From: an uncultured Pelagibacteraceae bacterium
GTDB taxonomy: Bacteria > Pseudomonadota > Alphaproteobacteria > Pelagibacterales > Pelagibacteraceae
Length of the DNA stretch: 64,000 nucleotides
Assembly (NCBI GenBank): GCA_902536005.1
Contig: CACAVT010000001.1
Location: forward strand, 7-64,006
Direction of reading: 5' to 3'
The notes under the pieces: model-generated
What the model saw: the letters and a program-made list of their open reading frames with translations, nothing else
Database searches by the model: none
What the model was told of the DNA's origin: nothing
Translations under genes and position numbers: made by a program
Part shown: piece by piece, positions 1-11,900 of the stretch
Layout: each line of letters begins with the position of its first letter
Position numbering within the stretch: position 1 is the stretch's first letter

Positions 1-3000
1 TTTTTTTCGATAATTGAGACTCAGTTTCTTTGAAGTGCTCACTTACTAAATTTTTTAAATATTCTTTCCAATAATCTGTCTCTACATTTTGCCAAACTAC
101 TGATTCTGGATTTACTTTTTTTTCAAATTGTTGAGATTTATCATATATAAAGGCCATTCCACCTGTCATACCAGCTGCAAAATTATCACCAACATCTCCT
201 AAAATTACTACAGTTCCACCAGTCATATATTCACATCCATTAGAATCGCATCCTTCAATTACTGTAACTGCACCGGAATTTCTGACTGAAAATCTTTCAC
301 CAGCTTGGCCAGCAGCAAAAAGTTTTCCTGAAGTAGCTCCGTAAAGAACAGTATTTCCTAAAATTGTATTCTCATTTGAAACTAAATTGCTCTCTTCAGG
401 TAATTTTATTGAAATAGTAGCTCCTGACAAACCTTTACCAACATAATCATTTGCATCTCCCTTTAATACAAGTTTTAAACCTTTAGAAGAAAATGCACCA
501 AATGATTGACCTGCTGATCCTTTAAAATTTAAAACTAAAAAGTTTTCATCGAGTTTTTCATAACCATATTTTTTATACAAATGATGAGAAATTCTAGTGC
601 CTACTGCCCTGTGAGTATTTTTTATTTGATATTCTTTGTCAATTTTTTCAGAATTATCTAAAGCTTGTTCAATTTCTGGCCAAATTTGTTGGTCAAGAGT
701 ATCTGGTACGCTATTTATTTCTTGATCCTCACAATACCTTGGATTATTTCCAGTATCAGCTTGAACAAATAAAGGATTTAAATCTAAATCGTCTAAATTT
801 GGAGAACCCTTACTAACCTGTTTTAACAAGTCTGTCCTACCAATCACTTCATTTAATGATTTAAAACCTAAATTTGCTAATATTTCTCTTACTTCACTGG
901 CTACAAATGTGAACAAATTTACTACTTTTTCTGGAGTTCCAGTAAATTTTTCTCTAAGCTTTTCATCTTGAGTACAAACACCTACAGGGCATGTATTTGA
1001 ATGACACTGCCTTACCATTATACATCCCATTGCAACTAAAGCTGTAGTAGCAACACCATATTCTTCAGCACCCATCATTGCAGCTATCACCACATCTCTT
1101 CCTGTTTTAATTCCACCATCTGTTCTTAATGTAACTTTATGTCTAAGATTATTTAAAGTTAATACTTGGTTTGCTTCCGTCAAACCCATTTCCCATGGTA
1201 TTCCAACATACTTAACACTAGTCTGTGGTGTTGCTCCTGTTCCACCATTATGTCCAGAAATTAATATTATATCTGCTTTTGCTTTAGCTACACCAGCTGC
1301 AATTGTTCCTACTCCAGAGGAAGCAACAAGCTTAACTCCAATTCTTGCTTTAGGATTTATCTGTTTTAAATCATAAATTAGTTGTGCAAGATCTTCGATT
1401 GAATAAATATCATGATGTGGTGGTGGTGATATTAAAGTAACTCCAGGAGTTGAATGTCTAAGTTTAGCAATCTCCTCTGTAACTTTAAATCCTGGTAGCT
1501 GACCTCCCTCACCAGGTTTAGCGCCTTGTGCAATTTTAATTTCTATCTCATTACAATTATTAAGATAATTAACTGTAACTCCGAATCTTGCAGAAGCTAT
1601 TTGTTTAACTCTAGAGTTTGCGCTGTCACCATTATCCAAAACTTTAAATCTACTTGCATCTTCACCGCCCTCTCCACTACATGAAGCACCTTTAATCCTA
1701 TTCATACCGGTTGCCAAAGTTTCATGCGCCTCTTTTGATAAAGCTCCATGAGACATACTCCCACTTCCAAATCTTTTTAAAATATTTTCTATTGGCTCAA
1801 CCTCAGAAATGTCTATTGGTCCACTTAATTTTTTTTCTCTAAAATCAATTAAATCTCTAAGATTAATAGGTGGTAAACTATAAATACCATCTGCATATCT
1901 TTTATAAGCATCATAGGAATTAGATCCAACAGCGCTTTGAAGTAAATGAATTAATTTTCCTTGATATTGATGAGTTTCACCATTTTTACGATATCTGTAT
2001 ATACCACCTATCGGCAATATGGTTTCAGAACTTTCAAATGCCTCTTCATGAATCTCTCGAATTTTTTTCTCTATACCGGTAAGTCCAATACCTGAAATTT
2101 TAGATACAACTCCTGGAAAATAATCTGCAACAATTGTTCTGCTTAAACCTACGGTTTCAAAGTTACATCCACCTCTATAAGAACTTAGAACTGAAATACC
2201 CATCTTAGACATAATTTTTAATAGACCTGCGTTTACTGATTTAATGTATCTCTCCACACATTCATCAAAGCTAAATTGACCAAATAATTTCTTTTCATAA
2301 CGCTGAAATAAACTATCAAATGCTAAATATGGATTTACAGTAGTTGCTCCAACTCCTATTAATGTTGCAAAAGAGTGTGTATCTAAAGCCTCTCCAGATT
2401 GAACATTGATTGATACATATCCTCTTAGTTTTTTTTCAATAAGGAATGAATTAATTGATCCAACTGCTAAAAGCATTGGTATTGGAAGTTTTGAGCTAGA
2501 AAGCTCTTTGTCGCTTAAAATCAATTGAGTAACTCCCTGTCTTACTGCAATTTCAGCTTCTTTTTGAATTTTTTTAATTGAGTCAAATAAAATTTCTTCC
2601 TCAGAAAAAGTACAATCAATTATAGATGAATTATTGCCAAAAAAATTTATAAATTTTTCAAACTGAGAATTTGATAATATTGGGCTATTTAAAACATAAA
2701 TATTTTGCTTTGTTAAATTATCAAAATTTAAAATATTGCCAAGATTTCCAAATCTTGTTTTCAAACTCATAACCTTGTTTTCTCTTAAAGAGTCTATTGG
2801 TGGGTTTGTAACTTGGCTAAAGTTCTGTCTAAAAAAATGGTATAATGGTCTATACCTATCTGACAAAACAGCCAATGGTGTATCATCCCCCATAGATCCA
2901 GTTGCTTCTTTAGCATCTTCTGCCATAGGATGCAGTATGAGTTCAAGGTCTTCTAAACTTATTCCAAAAGTATATTGCCTTCTTCTTAAATCATCTCCCG

Positions 3001-4390
3001 AAAAAGAATTTTTTTCATCTGAAATAGTTAACTTGTCATCTAGGTCGATAATTTGTGAATTAAAGTGTTTATATTCTTTAGCTAAATAATCTTTTATTTG
3101 CTTGTTAGTAAATACTTTACCTTTTTCTATTCTAACTCCAATTATTTCCCCAGGACCCAATCTTCCCTTTGACAAAATTCTTTTTTCATTTAATTCAATC
3201 ATTCCTGTTTCAGAACCTGCAAATAATAATTTATCTTTTGTAATTGCGTATCTTAAAGGTCTTAATCCATTTCTATCATTTGCAGCTATTACCCACTCAT
3301 TGTCAGTTCCAGCAATGGCTGCCGGTCCATCCCATGGCTCCATAGTACTATTTAAAAAATTAAATAATTGTTGGTGATCTTTTGGTAGAGTTTTATTTTT
3401 TTTAGACCAAGCGTCCGGAACCAACATAAGCTTCGCCAAAGGCGCAGGCTGACCAGATATATTTAATAATTCAAAAACATTGTCTAATGCAGCAGAGTCT
3501 GATGCTCCCTGTTGGATAACAGGTTTTAAGTTCTCAACATCGTCAAAAAGGGGACTGTTCATCTCTTGTTCATGAACTTTCATCCAATTTTTATTTCCTC
3601 TATAAGTATTAATTTCTCCATTATGAGCTATAGCTCTAAAGGGTTGAGCTAAATTCCAGCTAGGCGCTGTATTTGTTGAAAATCTTTGATGAAAAATAGC
3701 AAACCTTGAAACAAATCTCTCATCTTTTAAATCAAGGTAGAAATCTGAGATAGCTTCAGCTAAAAACATCCCCTTGTAAATGATAGATTTAGAACTCAAT
3801 GAACAAATATAAAAATTGTTTAAAGATTTTTTAAAAGCTTCATTTTCTATCTTTCTTCTAGTTTCATAAATTTTTCTTTCTAAATCTTTATTGGTTAATT
3901 CTGGATCATAAGGTTTAAACAATACTTGTATAATTTCAGGCATTGTTTGAAATGCCTTTTCTCCTAAAACTTTTGGATTAACTGGAACTTGTCTCCAGCC
4001 GTAAATACTAAAATCATTTTTTGTTAATTCACTTTCAACAATAGTTTTGCAACTTTCTTGTGCTGCATAATCATTCCGAGGCAGAAATATCATGCCCACA
4101 CATATTTCAGAATTGTCATGTGTGTGTCCTGTCACTTCTATCTTTTCAATAAAGAAATCTTTTGGTATTTCAACATGAATACCAGCACCATCACCGGTTT
4201 TCCCATCGGCATCTACGGCGCCTCTATGCCAAACAGCTTTTAAAGCTTCAATACCATACTCTACAACTTTACGAGATTTTTTACCTTCAGTTGATGCAAT
4301 TATACCAACACCACAAGCATCATGCTCCATGTCCTCTGAATAAACATTGTTTTCTTTTAAAAGGTGAAAGTTCTTTTTATAATTTTCCAT
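1..4390 (-). CDS. gltB: Glutamate synthase large subunit (3' end runs off the window start)
   Basis: ATG at 4390 overlaps the gltD stop. My translation begins MENYKKNFHLLKENNVYSEDMEHDACGVGIIAS (Ntn amidotransferase CGVG motif). HQRFSTNT, KIAQGAKPGEGGQLPG and CHSNTCPVGVCTQ motifs are readable on the minus strand. Absent from the ORF track because it is truncated. Confidence 0.97.
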   Translation of the reverse strand, partial: MENYKKNFHLLKENNVYSEDMEHDACGVGIIASTEGKKSRKVVEYGIEALKAVWHRGAVDADGKTGDGAGIHVEIPKDFFIEKIEVTGHTHDNSEICVGMIFLPRNDYAAQESCKTIVESELTKNDFSIYGWRQVPVNPKVLGEKAFQTMPEIIQVLFKPYDPELTNKDLERKIYETRRKIENEAFKKSLNNFYICSLSSKSIIYKGMFLAEAISDFYLDLKDERFVSRFAIFHQRFSTNTAPSWNLAQPFRAIAHNGEINTYRGNKNWMKVHEQEMNSPLFDDVENLKPVIQQGASDSAALDNVFELLNISGQPAPLAKLMLVPDAWSKKNKTLPKDHQQLFNFLNSTMEPWDGPAAIAGTDNEWVIAANDRNGLRPLRYAITKDKLLFAGSETGMIELNEKRILSKGRLGPGEIIGVRIEKGKVFTNKQIKDYLAKEYKHFNSQIIDLDDKLTISDEKNSFSGDDLRRRQYTFGISLEDLELILHPMAEDAKEATGSMGDDTPLAVLSDRYRPLYHFFRQNFSQVTNPPIDSLRENKVMSLKTRFGNLGNILNFDNLTKQNIYVLNSPILSNSQFEKFINFFGNNSSIIDCTFSEEEILFDSIKKIQKEAEIAVRQGVTQLILSDKELSSSKLPIPMLLAVGSINSFLIEKKLRGYVSINVQSGEALDTHSFATLIGVGATTVNPYLAFDSLFQRYEKKLFGQFSFDECVERYIKSVNAGLLKIMSKMGISVLSSYRGGCNFETVGLSRTIVADYFPGVVSKISGIGLTGIEKKIREIHEEAFESSETILPIGGIYRYRKNGETHQYQGKLIHLLQSAVGSNSYDAYKRYADGIYSLPPINLRDLIDFREKKLSGPIDISEVEPIENILKRFGSGSMSHGALSKEAHETLATGMNRIKGASCSGEGGEDASRFKVLDNGDSANSRVKQIASARFGVTVNYLNNCNEIEIKIAQGAKPGEGGQLPGFKVTEEIAKLRHSTPGVTLISPPPHHDIYSIEDLAQLIYDLKQINPKARIGVKLVASSGVGTIAAGVAKAKADIILISGHNGGTGATPQTSVKYVGIPWEMGLTEANQVLTLNNLRHKVTLRTDGGIKTGRDVVIAAMMGAEEYGVATTALVAMGCIMVRQCHSNTCPVGVCTQDEKLREKFTGTPEKVVNLFTFVASEVREILANLGFKSLNEVIGRTDLLKQVSKGSPNLDDLDLNPLFVQADTGNNPRYCEDQEINSVPDTLDQQIWPEIEQALDNSEKIDKEYQIKNTHRAVGTRISHHLYKKYGYEKLDENFLVLNFKGSAGQSFGAFSSKGLKLVLKGDANDYVGKGLSGATISIKLPEESNLVSNENTILGNTVLYGATSGKLFAAGQAGERFSVRNSGAVTVIEGCDSNGCEYMTGGTVVILGDVGDNFAAGMTGGMAFIYDKSQQFEKKVNPESVVWQNVETDYWKEYLKNLVSEHFKETESQLSKK

Positions 4391-5829
4391 TAAGCTACTC
4401 TTTTTTCCACTTTAGATTTACTCTCTAGATAAGTTTTAATTGAAGCTGCTGCATCTCTTCCATCTTTTATTGCCCAAACAACTAATGAAGCTCCTCTAAC
4501 TATATCACCAGCAGCAAACACCCCTTTTATATTTGTTTCCATAGTATCAAAATCTGTTTTAATAGTTCCCCACTTTGTTACTTGTAATTCACTACTATCA
4601 AATAAATTTGGTAAATCCTCAGGATCAAAACCTAGTGCTTTGATAACCATATCTGCTTTTGTTTCGTAACTTGAGCCTTCTTGTACTTGTGGCTTTCTTC
4701 TTCCTGTCTCATCTGGATCACCTAATTTAATTTGATCTACAATTATTTTTTCTACTTTATTTGTACCTTTAAATTCCTTAGGACTTGATAACCATACAAA
4801 CTCAACACCTTCTTCTTCTGCATTTGCAACTTCTCTAGCAGATCCTGGCATATTTTCTTTATCTCTTCTATACAAACATTTAACAGATTTTGCCTTCTGT
4901 CTTATAGAAGTTCTTACACAATCCATTGCTGTGTCACCTCCACCGATTACAACAATATCTTTACCTTCTGCATTTAAAATTCCCTTATCAAACAACTCAA
5001 CATCATCTCCTAGACCTTTTTTGTTTGATGCTGTTAAAAAATCCATTGCAGGAAAAATATTATCAAGATCATTTCCAGGTATATTTACTTCTCTTGCTTT
5101 ATAAACTCCTGTTGCAATTAAAATTGCGTCATGTTTTTTTCTCAATTGATCTAGGCTTGCATCTTTACCAACTTCAAAATTTTGAACAAATTCAATTCCT
5201 CCATCCTTTAAAAGTTTTGTTCTTCGCTCTACAACTTCTTTTTCTAATTTAAAATTTGGAATTCCATAAATTAATAATCCTCCTGCTCTATCATATCTAT
5301 CGTAGACAGTAATTTTATATCCATTTTTTCTTAATTGTTCTGCAGCAGCTAATCCGGCGGGACCTGCTCCTATAATTCCTACACTTTGATTTTTTTCGTT
5401 CGTTACCTTAATTGGTTTTACCCAGCCCTGAGCCCAAGCATTATCTGTAATATATTTTTCTACTGATCCAATAGTTACTGTTCCATGACCAGACTGTTCA
5501 ATTACACAATTTCCCTCGCATAATCTATCTTGGGGGCAAATTCGGCCACACACTTCAGGCATATTGTTTGTGCTTTGGGATAATTCATACGCCTCTTTTA
5601 ATCTTCCCTCAGCTGTCAGTTTAAGCCAATCTGGAATGTTGTTGCTTAGAGGACAATGAACTTGACAAAAAGGTACTCCACATTGCGAACATCTACTTGA
5701 CTGTTCTTTGGCTTTTTCATTTATATACTCGTCGTAAATTTCGTTAAAATCTTTCTTTCTTGTATCAACTTCCCTTTTAGGTGGAGTTTGTTGACCTATT
5801 TTAACAAATTTAAGCATTTTATCTGGCAT
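4390..5829 (-). CDS. gltD: Glutamate synthase small subunit
   Basis: RCSQCGVPFCQVHCP Fe-S motif, GAGPAG and GGGDTAMDC nucleotide-binding motifs; adjacent to gltB. Confidence 0.97.
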   Translation of the reverse strand: MPDKMLKFVKIGQQTPPKREVDTRKKDFNEIYDEYINEKAKEQSSRCSQCGVPFCQVHCPLSNNIPDWLKLTAEGRLKEAYELSQSTNNMPEVCGRICPQDRLCEGNCVIEQSGHGTVTIGSVEKYITDNAWAQGWVKPIKVTNEKNQSVGIIGAGPAGLAAAEQLRKNGYKITVYDRYDRAGGLLIYGIPNFKLEKEVVERRTKLLKDGGIEFVQNFEVGKDASLDQLRKKHDAILIATGVYKAREVNIPGNDLDNIFPAMDFLTASNKKGLGDDVELFDKGILNAEGKDIVVIGGGDTAMDCVRTSIRQKAKSVKCLYRRDKENMPGSAREVANAEEEGVEFVWLSSPKEFKGTNKVEKIIVDQIKLGDPDETGRRKPQVQEGSSYETKADMVIKALGFDPEDLPNLFDSSELQVTKWGTIKTDFDTMETNIKGVFAAGDIVRGASLVVWAIKDGRDAAASIKTYLESKSKVEKRVA

Positions 5830-5886
5830 AATATTATTTAAGTTTTGGCAAAATATACCTTGATTTATGTATATAAAGCATAAAAT

Positions 5887-5905
5887 AGGTCATATATATT
5901 GACCT
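5887..5905. promoter_or_regulatory. Palindromic operator-like site AGGTCA-N7-TGACCT between divergent gltD and uppP
   Basis: Perfect 6-bp inverted repeat 57 bp upstream of the gltD start; cognate regulator unknown. Confidence 0.4.
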
Positions 5906-6012
5906 TAATTTTTAAATTTTTACCGTCAATAAACAGGTTTTTAATTATTGCATAGCTATTATGCTTAAATCGAATTGTTTTAAATAAATACTTTTTAAGT
6001 TACGAAGAAATA

Positions 6013-6777
6013 ATGTTTCAAAATATTATAGAAGTTTTAATTCTCTCTGCAATTCAAGGAATATCAGAATTTCTTCCTGTTAGTTCTTCTGCTCATTTAA
6101 TTTTGGTTTCTACTTTATATGAATTTAAATCTAGTTCTATGCTTATTGATATCAGCCTCCATCTAGGATCACTAATAGCAATAATTTATTTTTTTAAAGG
6201 TGAACTGTTTGATATTAGAAAAAATAAAAGAATTTTAAATTTAATTATATTAGGATCTATTCCATTAATAATTGTTGGATACATACTTTATAGTACAAAT
6301 TTAATTTATCAGTTAAGAAATTTAGAGGTCATTGCTTGGACTACTTTAATATTCGCAATTATTTTATACATCTCAGACAAAAATCGATTTGATAAAAAAA
6401 TTTATTCAAATTTAAATTTTCAGTCAATAATATTTATAGGTGTTTTCCAAATTTTCTCTCTTGTACCTGGAGTAAGTAGGGCAGGAATTACTATAACAGC
6501 TGCGAGAATTTTAAAATTTAATAGAGTAGACTCAAGCAAGATATCTTTTTTACTTTCCATCCCAGCATTATCTGGAGCTAGTGTCTTAAGCTTAAAAGAT
6601 GTTTTGGAACAATCAATACAATTTAATTACTTAGTTGTTATCGCAATTATATCTTCTTTTATTTTTTCTTTTCTAACAGTAAAATTCTTTTTAATTTATA
6701 TAAATAAATTTTCAATGAATGCGTTTGTAATTTATAGAATAATAATTGCTTTGATTTTATTTAGTTTAATTTATTAA
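6013..6777 (+). CDS. uppP: Undecaprenyl-diphosphatase (BacA/UppP)
   Basis: QGISEFLPVSSSAH and PGVSRAGIT motifs; hydrophobic protein. Confidence 0.95.
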   Translation: MFQNIIEVLILSAIQGISEFLPVSSSAHLILVSTLYEFKSSSMLIDISLHLGSLIAIIYFFKGELFDIRKNKRILNLIILGSIPLIIVGYILYSTNLIYQLRNLEVIAWTTLIFAIILYISDKNRFDKKIYSNLNFQSIIFIGVFQIFSLVPGVSRAGITITAARILKFNRVDSSKISFLLSIPALSGASVLSLKDVLEQSIQFNYLVVIAIISSFIFSFLTVKFFLIYINKFSMNAFVIYRIIIALILFSLIY

Positions 6778-7667
6778 ATATACTTCCTTTTAATTAAAGG
6801 AAGTAATTGAGACAAGAGAACTCCACATAGAATAAAAAAGCATCCAAGTAAATTATTAACATCTAGAATTTGATTTAAAATAAACCAAGCAGCTATAGTT
6901 GCAAATACACCTTCAAGAGAAAAAATTATAGCAGCAGGTGCTGGAGTAATATTGCGCTGTGCATAAATTTGTAATACAAATGCAAATCCACCGGATAATA
7001 TACCTGCATATAAAACTGAATAAATTTCCATTAAAATATTGCTGAAAATAAATTCTTCATAAATAATTCCAATTATAAATGAAAAAATAGCCACAATTAA
7101 AGTCTGCGCAGCTCCTAAGGTAAGTGGAAGATTGTATCTAGTTATAATGATCCCAGTAAAAATGATATGAGTGCTCCAAAATAAAGCTCCGAGAACAACC
7201 AAAGTATCTCCTAATCTTACTGTTGCATCATGAAAATTTGTTAATAAATATCCTCCAATTAAACATAGAACTACAGAAGGCCATACACTCCAATGAATTG
7301 ATTTTTTACCAAACAAAAAAATGATAATCGGTACCATTGGCACATAAAAAATTGTAAAAAAAGCAGCATTTGCAACATCTGTATAAAGCAAAGCAACTTG
7401 TTGTAGTGCTGAGCCAAAGAATAAAGAAATTCCAATTAATAATGAATAAATTATGAAAGTTTTTTTATCTAATTTAAATTCTGATTTAAAATTTTTTAAT
7501 TCAAATAAAATCATAAGTGGAATTATGGCTAGAAAACCAACAAAAAACCTCACAGCATTAAATGTAAAAGGGCCAATATTATCCATGCCCGTATCTTGGG
7601 CAATAAAAGTTGTACCCCAAATAAAAGTGCATAATAAGGCACTTAATAATGATATGGATTTACTCAT
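6774..7667 (-). CDS. DMT/EamA family transporter
   Basis: IWGTTF N-terminal motif, about 10 TM segments, SLEGVFA motif. Confidence 0.88.
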   Translation of the reverse strand: MSKSISLLSALLCTFIWGTTFIAQDTGMDNIGPFTFNAVRFFVGFLAIIPLMILFELKNFKSEFKLDKKTFIIYSLLIGISLFFGSALQQVALLYTDVANAAFFTIFYVPMVPIIIFLFGKKSIHWSVWPSVVLCLIGGYLLTNFHDATVRLGDTLVVLGALFWSTHIIFTGIIITRYNLPLTLGAAQTLIVAIFSFIIGIIYEEFIFSNILMEIYSVLYAGILSGGFAFVLQIYAQRNITPAPAAIIFSLEGVFATIAAWFILNQILDVNNLLGCFFILCGVLLSQLLPLIKRKYI

Positions 7668-7673
7668 TTTTAA

Positions 7674-8933
7674 TTAGACAGCTAGTTTGTAGGCAAAATT
7701 CTTGCCTAAGTTTTCTTTTAGATCATTATTAAACCTAGCTGCTTCTGCACCATCAATAATTCTGTGATCATAAGATAAAGAAATTGGCAGCATAGTCCTA
7801 GTTTGAAACTTTCCATTCATAAAAATTTGTTTTTTTTCTGATCTTCCTACTCCTAATATAGCAACTTCAGGATAATTAATTATAGGAGTAAAAAATGAAC
7901 CTCCTATACCACCTAAACTCGTGATCGTCATCGAACCACCAAACAATTCTTTTTTATCAATTTTTAAATTTCTACAAAGTTCGCTTACCTCTTTTAATTC
8001 TTTACTTATAAGAGAAATTTTTTTGTTATTAGCATTTCTTATTTTTGGAACCATTAATCCATTTGGCGTGTCAACTGCTATCCCAATATGGTAATATTTT
8101 TTTAAAGTCATTTTTCCAGTCTCAATTTCATCAATAGATGAATTAAAACTAGGAAATTTCTTAAGAGATGCAACTAAAGCCTTTATTATAAATGCTAGAG
8201 GCGTAATTTTAATTTTTTCTCTAGTATACATGTCTGTTAATGAACTTCTAAAACTTTCCATCTCTGTTATGTCGGCTTCATCGTGATTTGTAACATGAGG
8301 AATTGTTGTCCATGAATTTGTAAGATATTTTGATGATAATTTTTTTACTCTTGGTATGTCTTTTATTTCTATTTCACCAAAATCAGAATGTTCAAATTCG
8401 TTTTTAATTTTATCTGGTTTTGTATCTTTTGCTACAACTGTGTTTTTTGAATTCGATGAAACAAATTTTTTAATATCATCTTCAACAACTCTGCCATCTT
8501 TCTGACTTCCCGCTACTTGATTAATATCTACACCAAGTTCTCTAGCAAATTTTCTAGCTTTCGGACTTGCAGACGAAATGTCTGAAATATTATTTTTAGA
8601 AAATGTTTTTTCTTGGATTTCAGGTTTTATCACCTCAATATTTTTTGACTCTTTTTCAATTTCTGGTTTCTCTTTAATCTCTTCCTTTTTAACTTCTGAA
8701 ACATCTATAGTTAAAATTAAGTCGCCCTCAGAAACTTTGTCTCCTACTTTTATTTTTAAATTTTTAATTTTACCTTCTAAATTTGATGGTATTTCTACGC
8801 TAGATTTATCGCTTTCAATTGTTATTAGAGCATCATTTTTTTTAATTGATTGACCTTCGGTAACTAATACCTCAATAACCTCAACATCTTTAAAATCTCC
8901 AATATTAGGTACTTTAATCTCAGTTTCTGACAT
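7674..8933 (-). CDS. aceF: Pyruvate dehydrogenase E2, dihydrolipoamide acetyltransferase
   Basis: One lipoyl domain (ESDKS), E3-binding ASPKARKFARE segment, catalytic DHRIIDG. Confidence 0.95.
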   Translation of the reverse strand: MSETEIKVPNIGDFKDVEVIEVLVTEGQSIKKNDALITIESDKSSVEIPSNLEGKIKNLKIKVGDKVSEGDLILTIDVSEVKKEEIKEKPEIEKESKNIEVIKPEIQEKTFSKNNISDISSASPKARKFARELGVDINQVAGSQKDGRVVEDDIKKFVSSNSKNTVVAKDTKPDKIKNEFEHSDFGEIEIKDIPRVKKLSSKYLTNSWTTIPHVTNHDEADITEMESFRSSLTDMYTREKIKITPLAFIIKALVASLKKFPSFNSSIDEIETGKMTLKKYYHIGIAVDTPNGLMVPKIRNANNKKISLISKELKEVSELCRNLKIDKKELFGGSMTITSLGGIGGSFFTPIINYPEVAILGVGRSEKKQIFMNGKFQTRTMLPISLSYDHRIIDGAEAARFNNDLKENLGKNFAYKLAV

Positions 8934-11900
8934 TATAATTTTGTTGGCATTGGTTTGTTGGTATCAATATTATACTTCTTCATTGCATCTTTTGCATGTT
9001 TAGAGGTAATAAGCTGTTCTTTTGCTAAAATACTTAAACCATAGGCAACCAAATGTTCTTTATCTACCTCGAAAAATTTTCTTAAATTTTTTCTTGTATC
9101 ACTTCTTCCAAAACCATCTGCTCCTAATGAATAAAAGCTTTTATTAGTATAAGGTCTGATTTGATCAGAATTCATTCTCATATAATCAGATGCAGCCATA
9201 ATTGGGCCTTCTGTTTGGCCCAGGCATTGTTCAACATAAGATTTTTTAGGTTCTTTATCTGGGTTCAAAAGATTATATCTTTCTACTTCCATTCCATCTT
9301 TTCTTAATTCATTAAAACTTGTTACACTCCATATCTCGCTATCAATTTGATAATCATTTTGTAAAATCTCTGCAGCAGACATCATTTCTCTTAAGATTGT
9401 TCCTGATCCTAAAAGTTGGATTTTAGTTTTTTTGTATTTGTTAAATTCTTTAATTTTATACATGCCCTTTAAAATGCCTTCCTCACAATTTTTATCTTTT
9501 GGCATTTCTGGGTGTGAGTAATTTTCATTCATTGTTGTAATATAGTAAAAAACATTCTCATTTTTCTCATGCATTCTTCTTAGACCTTCTCGAAAAATTA
9601 CCGCTAATTCATAATGAAATGTAGGATCATAAGTTACACAATTTGGAATAGTTGATGCAATTAAATGACTGTGCCCATCTTGGTGTTGTAAGCCTTCTCC
9701 AGCTAATGTTGTTCTTCCAGCTGTTGCACCTACCAAAAATCCTCTAGCCTGACTATCCCCGGCTGCCCAAGCTAGATCTCCTATTCGTTGGAAACCAAAC
9801 ATTGAATAAAAAATATAAATTGGGATCATTTCGATATCATGATTAGTATATGCAGTGGCAGCAGCAATCCATGAAGACATAGCACCTGCCTCATTGATAC
9901 CTTCCTCTAAAACTTGACCACTTTTGTCTTCTCTATAAGAACTTAATTGAGCTGCATCCTCAGGTTCATATTTTTGTCCTTCATGAGCATAAATCCCTAT
10001 TTTTTGAAAAAATCCTTCCATGCCAAACGTTCTTGCTTCGTCGGGAATAATAGGAACCAGTCTAGGAGATATATTTTTATCTCTTAATAAATTTGTTAAC
10101 ATTCTTACCAAGGCCATAGTAGTAGACATTTCTTTTTCACCAGTTGATACTTTCATGAAATCGAAAATATCTTTTGAGGGTGCTTTGATTGGTTTTGCAA
10201 AAGTCGAACGTTCGGGTAAATATCCACCTAATTTTATCCTTTTTTCTTTTAAGTATTTTATTTCAGAAGATTTTTCGTCAGGCCTAAAGTATTCAATATT
10301 TCTCACCTGTTCATCTGTTAAGGGAACATCAAATCGATCTCTATAATACATCAAGTCATCAACATCTAATTTTTTAGTTTGATGAGTAGTATTTACACTT
10401 TCTCCTGATTTTCCCATTCCATAACCTTTAATAGTTTTTGCAATTATCACTGTTGGGCTTCCTTGATGTTTAGTCGCTTTATCATATGCAGCAAAAACTT
10501 TGTGAGGATCGTGACCACCTCTATTAAGTCTCCAAATATCTGTATCTGACATGCTTGAAACTAATTCTAATGACTCAGGAGATTTCCCAAAAAACTTTTC
10601 TCTTACATAAGCACCGTCTCTTGCTTTCATTGCCTGATACTCACCATCTACTGTCTCGTTCATAATTTTTATTAAGTGGCCAGTTTTATCATTAGCAAGC
10701 AACGAATCCCAATATGACCCCCAAATAACTTTAATTACATTCCAGCCAGATCCTCTGAAACTTCCCTCAAGCTCTTGAATAATTTTTCCATTACCTCTAA
10801 CGGGACCATCTAATCTTTGAAGATTACAATTTATTACAAATATTAAATTATCTAAATTTTCTCTAGCAGCTAATCCAATAGCTCCCATTGACTCAGGCTC
10901 ATCCATCTCCCCATCGCCTAAAAAGGCCCATACTTTTCTTCCTTCATCTTTAATCAAACCTCTATTGATTAAATATTTCATGTATCTAGCTTGATATATA
11001 GCAAGCATAGGACCTAACCCCATGGATACAGTGGGGAACTGCCAAAAATTTGGCATTAGCCAAGGGTGTGGATATGACGATAGACCCCCAGGTTTTACCT
11101 CCTGTCTGAAACTATCTAATTGTTTTTCATTTAATCTACCTTCTAAGAAAGCTCTTGCATACATTCCTGGAGCGCTATGTCCTTGAAAATAAATTAAATC
11201 TCCACCAAATTTGTTATTTTTTGCTCTCCAAAAATGGTTCATCCCAACATCATATAATGTTGCAGCAGATGCAAATGTACCAATGTGGCCGCCAAGCTCT
11301 GGATATTTTTTATTTGCTCGAACTACCATTGCTGCTGCATTCCATCTAATCAAAGATCTAATTCTTCTTTCAATATTTTGATCACCACCAGACTTTACTT
11401 CAGCCTCAGGAGGTATTGTGTTAATGTATGGTGTATTTTGAGTATAAGGAATATTTGCTCCTTCACGATAAGCTTTGTTAATTAGTTCTTTAATTAAAAA
11501 ATGAGCTCTTTGATTTCCATCTTTCGAAATAACTGCAGATAAAGACTCTAACCAATCTTGAGTTTCAAGTGGATCAATATCGGCCCCATTAACTACTTGA
11601 ATTATGGATTCTTTTTTTTCAATTATAGGTTCAGAGATAATTTTTTTTTCCTCTTTTTTTTCAGCCATTGCTTCTTCAGCTTGTTTAATTATATTTTCTG
11701 TATCTTTTGGAAGAGTACTTTCTGGTGATGTTTTTGATGAAGGTGTAAGATTAAGCAACAAATCTCCCTTAGAAACTTTATCACCAACTTTAACTGCTAA
11801 AGTATCTACTTTACCAGAAATGGTAGAAGGAATTTCAACACTTGATTTATCACTTTCAATTGTGACTATTGGATCATTTTGTTTAATTTGATCACCAGGT

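Noticed and set aside
2736-5252. Plus-strand ORFs 2736-3089, 3102-3377, 4058-4243, 4162-4428 and 4926-5252
   Set aside because: Antisense shadows of gltB/gltD with no recognisable motifs. The same applies to the other short antisense ORFs in the track inside aceEF, carD, lysA, coaBC, pnp, infB, nusA, murJ and maeB.
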